A model generated the notes under the pieces. That model ran no database searches. It was not told the DNA's origin and worked only from the letters and a program-made list of their open reading frames with translations. From Verrucomicrobiota bacterium (GTDB lineage: Bacteria; Verrucomicrobiota; Verrucomicrobiia; Limisphaerales; Palsa-1400): a stretch of DNA of 64,000 bases. The stretch spans positions 1 to 64,000 of the forward strand of contig JBEKYR010000023.1 of assembly GCA_049510745.1 (NCBI GenBank). Direction: 5' to 3'. Positions 58,698 to 64,000 of this stretch are shown one piece after another. Within the stretch, counting starts at the first letter, position 1, and each line of letters opens with the position of its first letter. The position numbers were made by a program, and so were the translations under genes.

Positions 58698-58755
58698 CTT
58701 TTGTGTTGCGCCGGCGTGCCAGGACTGTGGAACGCGCCGGCGCCGTTTCAGTCGC

Positions 58756-59322
58756 CTACGGCGTGACGGTTTGGAGGAGCGTCACCCAGATGTTTGAGGC
58801 GGCGCCCCCGGTCGTGGCGCTTCCGCCATTGACGATGCTGTAGCCGAGACTTGTCGCCGGCTCCCATTGGCTTGCCAGCAGGTTGGTGCTCGCCGTCTGG
58901 TTGGTCGTGTAGCCAATCGTCCAGACCAACACCGGCGTTTGGGTGAAGTTTGTCCCATACCGCCCGTTGAGGGAACTGGCGTTGCCTCCCCCGGTGTCGT
59001 AGGCCGGATAAACGGTGATGACAAGGTTGCTGGAAGCCGCAAATTTGTTCGTATTGACAATTTGCGCGACCAGCCCGATGGCGTGGGTGCCGCTGAACGG
59101 AATGAACGTGTTGGTGAAGCAATACACGTTGGTGTAGCCGGGCCCCGCCGTCGGCAGCGCCGCGTTGGTCAGGAGAGCCTGGCCGTTGCTCACTACCACG
59201 CTGCTCAGCAGGGTGTATTGCCGCGGCAGGACCTGGGTGGTCGCCTGTCCGAAGAGAAGGCTGAAGGATGAAGGCAGAAGGATGAAGACCGCCAGCATCG
59301 CTGTTTTGATGGAGTTTCTCAT
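58756..59322 (-). CDS. Secreted Thr/Asn-rich protein inside the virion operon
   Basis: Signal peptide MRNSIKTAMLAVFILLPSSFSLLFGQ, partly encoded by a GAAGGAT-type heptamer tract. Confidence 0.75.
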   Translation of the reverse strand: MRNSIKTAMLAVFILLPSSFSLLFGQATTQVLPRQYTLLSSVVVSNGQALLTNAALPTAGPGYTNVYCFTNTFIPFSGTHAIGLVAQIVNTNKFAASSNLVITVYPAYDTGGGNASSLNGRYGTNFTQTPVLVWTIGYTTNQTASTNLLASQWEPATSLGYSIVNGGSATTGGAASNIWVTLLQTVTP

Positions 59323-59379
59323 AGGTGTTTCGATTTATCGTGTTGACTTCTTACTTCTTAATTCTTGCTTCCGCCTTTC

Positions 59380-60438
59380 CTAATTGATTTGGACCTGCTG
59401 AATCCCCGTCGTGTGCTGCACGTGCAGGTATTCGTAGTTCTCCACCGTCAAGGCGATGAGCTTGACTCCAATGTCAGTAATATAGACGGCGTATTCCCCC
59501 CCGCCGTAGGCCGCGTTGGAGACGTGCCGCACCACGTTGCTCGCGTCCATCGGGCCGTCCGCCTCGATGGTCGTGAACAGCAGCACGTTGCTGCCGATGA
59601 TCTCCTGCTTGGTCGTCCCGGCCGATTGCTGATACCGCTCCGCATTGAACAGGCAGCGGTCCACGCCGATGGCCGTGGCCACCTGCTCCTCGGTGAATTG
59701 GCCCGCCCGCGCCAGCGCGCCGGCGTTCAATTGCGACTCATACGCGTTCTGCCGCTTGAGCGCCGCCTGGTCGCCATAGACCGCCACCAACGGGTAAAAT
59801 CCCGTCGTGTTGGCCAGGTTGATGATGTCCTGTTTCAATTCCAGGTCCGGATTGCTCCCCGCGTCCCACGTCGTGCTCGAGACAATCGCGCTGGCCTCGA
59901 TCAGCGAAACCGCTTCCAGCACCGTCGCCCGCATCATCAGGTCGATCAGCCATTTGGTATGCACTTGCTGCCACTCGGGCTTGTCTTTGAGCTGGTCCCG
60001 GTCAAGAAGAACCGTCAGTCCCCGGTTGGGCACTTGCAGGTCCACCTTGCTCGCCGCCCTCTGCCGCACCCGCATGAAGTCGGCCAGGACGCCGCGCTTG
60101 ACCCTCGTGGCATCCACCGTCTGCCACGGTTCGTTCTCGTCATAGATCGTCAGCCGGATGATCCGGCTGTTGCTCGGCCGCGGCGGCGCCAGCAGGTCGC
60201 GCAACTGCCGCAGCCGGTTGCCCACCATGCCGTCGTAGCTGATGGCAAAAGTGGTCAATTCCTCGATGTATTCCGACTGCCGCAAAAGCGAGTCGTTCGC
60301 CAGGCAGACCTGGCCGTGATGCGCCCCGAGGTTGTTGGAGGCGATGGCGTTGGGGGCAAAATCGTTGCCCAGGGCAACGCCCAGGTTTTCAAGGGCGGCC
60401 TGCCGGGCCGCGTTGGAAAGGGCAATGGGATCTTTCAT
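59380..60438 (-). CDS. Putative major capsid protein
   Basis: 352 aa after the protease and decoration genes; EELTTFAI...NRGLTVLLD...SNPDLEL. Confidence 0.75.
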   Translation of the reverse strand: MKDPIALSNAARQAALENLGVALGNDFAPNAIASNNLGAHHGQVCLANDSLLRQSEYIEELTTFAISYDGMVGNRLRQLRDLLAPPRPSNSRIIRLTIYDENEPWQTVDATRVKRGVLADFMRVRQRAASKVDLQVPNRGLTVLLDRDQLKDKPEWQQVHTKWLIDLMMRATVLEAVSLIEASAIVSSTTWDAGSNPDLELKQDIINLANTTGFYPLVAVYGDQAALKRQNAYESQLNAGALARAGQFTEEQVATAIGVDRCLFNAERYQQSAGTTKQEIIGSNVLLFTTIEADGPMDASNVVRHVSNAAYGGGEYAVYITDIGVKLIALTVENYEYLHVQHTTGIQQVQIN

Positions 60439-60470
60439 AATTTCAAATTTCTCTTCTGGAAGTTTATTGT

Positions 60471-60989
60471 TTACGCCGGTGTGCCGTAGCTCAGCGTGCC
60501 GCCCGTCACCGTTACCGCGTAAGGGGCGACCGCAAGAAACGTGATTTCCTGCCCGGCCGCCGCCACCGTTTTGGTCGCCCGCCCGATCACCCAATAGGTG
60601 CCGTTGGCCGCCGCCGTCACATCCTGCACCTGCCCGCTGGCGGCGGCCCCGACTAGGTGATCGATCGCAATGGCTCCGGCGCTCATGCCCAGTTGGGTCC
60701 CCTTGATCGCGCCGAATCGTTCCACGTCCAGAAAATCGCCGCTCTGATACGGCGCGTCCGGCGACGTCCCCAGCGGAAAGCTCGCCGCGTCCCCCACCGC
60801 TGCGTAGTATTGACCCGATCCCCGCTTGTAGATCAGGTACCGGCCCGCAACGGGAAGCGTTGCCGCGGGATCGATCTGCAGCGTTTCCCGCCCGCTATCG
60901 AACAGTCCCCCCAACTCGTTGGCCAGGGCGGTTGCCCCCGCCGGGACGGGATGGAACAGACGACAAATGTATTGAAGCATTTTTTTCAT
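60471..60989 (-). CDS. Putative head decoration/capsid cement protein
   Basis: AGAIAIDHLV.AAASGQV...WVIGRA...AAAGQEI pattern. Confidence 0.7.
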   Translation of the reverse strand: MKKMLQYICRLFHPVPAGATALANELGGLFDSGRETLQIDPAATLPVAGRYLIYKRGSGQYYAAVGDAASFPLGTSPDAPYQSGDFLDVERFGAIKGTQLGMSAGAIAIDHLVGAAASGQVQDVTAAANGTYWVIGRATKTVAAAGQEITFLAVAPYAVTVTGGTLSYGTPA

Positions 60990-61056
60990 AATTTTCTTTT
61001 CTTTGCGCTCTTCAGGTCCCCCGCGGCTTTGGCGGCGGCCGAGGCGCTTTCTGTGG

Positions 61057-61287
61057 TTAGGTTTTCTTGGTAACTTTGTTTTTGCGGTCGTCGTATTCAC
61101 GCTGCCGCCGCAGTACGGCGGCGGCCTGCTCACGACGCAGTCCCTTGTTCATTTTTTCCGCGATCAGGATTTCGTCCGCGGCCGCTTGCTCTTTGGCCGC
61201 CTCGAATACGGCGAGGCGCGCCTTGAGGGCGGCGTTTTCCGCGGCCAGATCCGGACCGGCGGCGGGGATGGGAGTTTCTTTTGGCAT
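61057..61287 (-). CDS. Small phage head-region protein
   Basis: EKMNKGLRREQAAAV helical ORF in the operon. Confidence 0.6.
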   Translation of the reverse strand: MPKETPIPAAGPDLAAENAALKARLAVFEAAKEQAAADEILIAEKMNKGLRREQAAAVLRRQREYDDRKNKVTKKT

Positions 61288-61317
61288 GATTTTCACTTTG
61301 GGGTTCGTTGTTTGGAG

Positions 61318-62481
61318 TTACAGTTGACTGCGAACTTTGAGCTTTTCGGCCAGACCCGGCTCCTTTTTCATGACCGCGTGATGCGCCTTGATCGGGTCCG
61401 TTTCGCTCGTTTCTTTCATGTGCTTTTCCACCGCCGCGCAGTATTCCTCGCGGGGATCGCCCCCGGCCCCGTGGTTGGCGAGTATCTTCCCGCTCTCCGC
61501 GTTGCCGGCCGTTTTGAACTTCGTGGCCGACCCGAGCAGCGCCGCGGCGTCCCGCTCGAAGTCCGCCGCGTTTGCCAGCCCCTGGATTCTTCCCGCCCGC
61601 TCCGCCACCGTCAGCTTGCCGCGCGCGATGGCCAGGTCCGCCACCGCCGCGGCCCGCCCTTCGCGCTCGGCCGCAACCCGGCATTTGAGGGCGGCGTTCT
61701 CGTTCTCGAGGACCACTCCCTTGGATTTCAATTCGGCGTTCGCCCCGTCGAGGGCGGTATTCTCGTTGCCCAGGGCCGCCACTTCGCCGGCTTTGGCGTC
61801 GTGGAACCTTTGCAGGGCCTCGAGAACCTGCGCTTCGCTCGGCGCTTCGGCCTCGGCCACGGCCACGCCGTTGGCCAGCAGCCAGCCTGTGATCAGTTTC
61901 ATATCTGGTTCTTTCGTTGCTTCTTTTCTCTCGGCGCCCCGGGCGTTCGCCAGGGATTCCACGCCGGAAATGTTCGGATGCGGCGTCAGGCCCGCCGATA
62001 AAAGCTTGAACGGCCGCGCCACCACCGCGTCTCCCCGCCGCCCCACCGGCATCACATACCACAGCGCGCTGGGATACTTGTGCCCCTGCTTCTCCACCGC
62101 GTCCGCCCCGGCTGGTGTCAATACAAAATGCCCCTCCAAACCCCGCCGGCTTTTGCGCACCCGGTCGATCGCCCCGATGATCTCCTTCCGCTCCGCCGTC
62201 CCTCCTGTCCCCGCCTCGTAATCCCGCAAGTCCGGATGCCCCTTATAGACCGGGATGCCGACCAGGGCGCGCCGGAGCCGCCGGAAGAGCGAGTTCTCGC
62301 GGGACAAAAGCTGGTCCGCCGACTCGTTGTCCAGCACCTGGATGAATTTCTCCTCGCGCAGCGCCCCGTTCTTCTTGACCAAACGGGTTTTCGGATGCTC
62401 GCCGAACGGCGCGATCAAGGCCCAGCCCTCCTCGTCCAGCGCCGCGTCGTTGCCTAATATGAGATCGATCTCGGTGTTCAT
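61318..62481 (-). CDS. Mu gpI-like prohead protease/scaffold
   Basis: IAPFGEH, PVYKGHPD, YPSALW, LSAGLTPHPNI, followed by a coiled-coil scaffold region. Confidence 0.8.
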   Translation of the reverse strand: MNTEIDLILGNDAALDEEGWALIAPFGEHPKTRLVKKNGALREEKFIQVLDNESADQLLSRENSLFRRLRRALVGIPVYKGHPDLRDYEAGTGGTAERKEIIGAIDRVRKSRRGLEGHFVLTPAGADAVEKQGHKYPSALWYVMPVGRRGDAVVARPFKLLSAGLTPHPNISGVESLANARGAERKEATKEPDMKLITGWLLANGVAVAEAEAPSEAQVLEALQRFHDAKAGEVAALGNENTALDGANAELKSKGVVLENENAALKCRVAAEREGRAAAVADLAIARGKLTVAERAGRIQGLANAADFERDAAALLGSATKFKTAGNAESGKILANHGAGGDPREEYCAAVEKHMKETSETDPIKAHHAVMKKEPGLAEKLKVRSQL

Positions 62482-62491
62482 GGAAAAAACC

Positions 62492-63991
62492 TCAATTCTC
62501 CCCCTTGCCGGTTGCCGCGGCGGACCAGAAATTCGCCGCATCCACCTGCGCGTCCGGCAGATTCGGACTGGCGCTTTGGGGCATGGAGCGGGGATCGGCG
62601 CCGGAACCTATCGGGGTGGCGTCGGTGGTCACGGCGCGCTGGGCGGCGGGATCGGAAGAAATGGGGGAATCAGTGAGTTTTGAATCAGTGGATTGTTGAG
62701 GTGAAAATGGCGGCTTCGCCGGGTTCTTCCCATTCACTGATTCTCCATTCGCTGATTCACTGATTGCGGTGACGGGGGCTACCAGGCACGGCTCGCCGGC
62801 CTGGGGGGCTGTCCAGCGGAATCGCTTGTAAGCTTCCGCCAGGCTGATGCGCAATCCCATCGGCGCCAGCGTTTGCACGCTTCGCAGGTCCATCTCGGAC
62901 GTGTCGTCCAGCGGCGGCACCACCGCCATCCAGGCGCGCGGCTCACGGTCAAACAAAAATCGGATCACCGGCCGGTCCAGCCGTTCGTTCAGGTACCCCG
63001 TCGCCCAGGCCGCGTCCCGCGCCAGAAAAATTCCCGACTCCTCCTTTTGCACGCTCGCCCCCACTGCCGCCCGGCCCTGGCCCGGCTCCGTTGCCCGGCT
63101 CCCCGTGGCCAGATCGATCCCCCGGTAACACTTGGCGTAAAGCCGGTTCACGTGCTCCACCAGCGGCTCGAACGGCAACGCGCTCTTCGCCGGCGTCTCC
63201 AGGAATTTCAGCGTCACCCCGCGGTTGTGCAGCACCACCCCGTCGTTGGCCATCCGCTCCAACGCCTCCCGCGCCTCCTCCCACGCCGGATCGTTCCTTT
63301 GCGCGTCCGTTATCCCCTCCAGAAATCCGCTCCCGTACCGGCTGCAAAACACCATCCAGTCGCGCAAGGGAAAGTTTTTCAGGACATAGGCCATGCTCAA
63401 CGGCCTCATCCAGCCGCTTCCCACGCACGTGAGCCATTCCCCTTGGAGACAAGGCTGGCCGTAAACGTCAAATATATGTTGAAGATAACCCAGGTAGCCC
63501 CGCCGGCTCTCAAAAAACCACACCGGCGTGTGCCGCAATTCCGCCGTCGCTTCCCGCGCCGCCCCGTTGTCTATCCGCAGCAGAATCTCATGCACGCTGT
63601 AATAATACGAATGGGCGCTGGCCATCTGATGAAGCAATTCGCTCACCCCGCCCGCCACGTCCTGGTCCAGCGCCCGCGTCACCCGCAGGTTCCGGTAAAA
63701 ATAGCTCAGCGCCGCCGCGTGCTCGTCCCCTTCCGCGCTGCCGTCGGATACGATCTTCCAGTCCAGCCCGGCCAGGTCCCCCGCCCGCTTGTCCGCGTTG
63801 ACCGCCAACTCCCCGTCCCGCTCCATCATGATCTCCCATATCTTCCCGATCACCCTCAGCTCCCCGATCCGAAACGCGTTCAGGTTCGCCGCCACCCACT
63901 TCGTGTTCAATTCCGGCATCGGGCTGTAGCGCAGCCGGATCGCCCACTCGATCCGCGCCTGATTAAACTGGGACTGCCCGGTCGGGTTCAT
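62492..63991 (-). CDS. Mu gp29-like portal protein (DUF935-like)
   Basis: MMERDGEL...KR...LDWKI, YSVHEI, DWMVFCSRYG, LNERLDRPVIRFLF. Confidence 0.8.
   Translation of the reverse strand: MNPTGQSQFNQARIEWAIRLRYSPMPELNTKWVAANLNAFRIGELRVIGKIWEIMMERDGELAVNADKRAGDLAGLDWKIVSDGSAEGDEHAAALSYFYRNLRVTRALDQDVAGGVSELLHQMASAHSYYYSVHEILLRIDNGAAREATAELRHTPVWFFESRRGYLGYLQHIFDVYGQPCLQGEWLTCVGSGWMRPLSMAYVLKNFPLRDWMVFCSRYGSGFLEGITDAQRNDPAWEEAREALERMANDGVVLHNRGVTLKFLETPAKSALPFEPLVEHVNRLYAKCYRGIDLATGSRATEPGQGRAAVGASVQKEESGIFLARDAAWATGYLNERLDRPVIRFLFDREPRAWMAVVPPLDDTSEMDLRSVQTLAPMGLRISLAEAYKRFRWTAPQAGEPCLVAPVTAISESANGESVNGKNPAKPPFSPQQSTDSKLTDSPISSDPAAQRAVTTDATPIGSGADPRSMPQSASPNLPDAQVDAANFWSAAATGKGEN
62667..62765. 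repeat. Palindromic element E11 (in frame in the portal C-terminus)
   Basis: Encodes ISESANGESVNG...STDSKLTDS. Confidence 0.85.
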
Positions 63992-64000
63992 TTTTCCCCC

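Larger units (their letters stand above)
47607..64000 (-). mobile_element. Mu-like phage head-tail gene cluster (prophage remnant or GTA-like), continuing past the window end
   Basis: Co-oriented portal, protease/scaffold, capsid, adaptor and tail genes; no integrase, replication or lysis genes seen. Confidence 0.85.

Noticed and set aside
58708..58743. GC-rich hairpin as an intrinsic terminator in the virion operon
   Set aside because: The stem is present but no U-tract follows on the coding (minus) strand
48362..62765. CRISPR array interpretation of the AATCAGTGAA repeats
   Set aside because: Units are about 10 bp, degenerate, arranged as inverted arms and separated by whole genes; there is no repeat-spacer periodicity and no cas genes

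Overview
High-GC bacterial chromosome segment. It most likely comes from Verrucomicrobiota (Pedosphaerales/Limisphaerales-like), inferred from the fused LpxC-FabZ, futalosine genes, GloVer-repeat protein and short-unit intergenic repeats. Positions 1-47.5 kb are mostly housekeeping: lpxA, lpxC-fabZ, uppS, larA, rpmH-rnpA-yidD-yidC-jag, tRNA-Ala(GGC), a GH94 phosphorylase, mqnP/E/A, apbE, a U32 protein, pyrF, moaA/D/E, rnd, ppk2, batD-E and hpn genes. Accessory inserts are a fused type IIG-like restriction-modification gene, a lone DGQHR protein, two toxin-antitoxin pairs and a lower-GC three-gene cassette ending in an MBL-fold nuclease. From 47.6 kb to the window end there is a minus-strand Mu-like head/tail operon with no integrase, replication or lysis genes visible and a very short tape-measure-like gene, so it is either a prophage remnant or a GTA-like cluster. 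Its most striking feature is 11 palindromic elements built from AATCAGTGAA...TTCACTGATT arms. Nine sit at gene junctions, and four of these are spanned end to end by 46-49-aa mini-ORFs that abut both neighbours. Two lie in frame inside genes, and one of these forms a signal peptide. All calls come from reading the sequence and motifs; no database searches were run.
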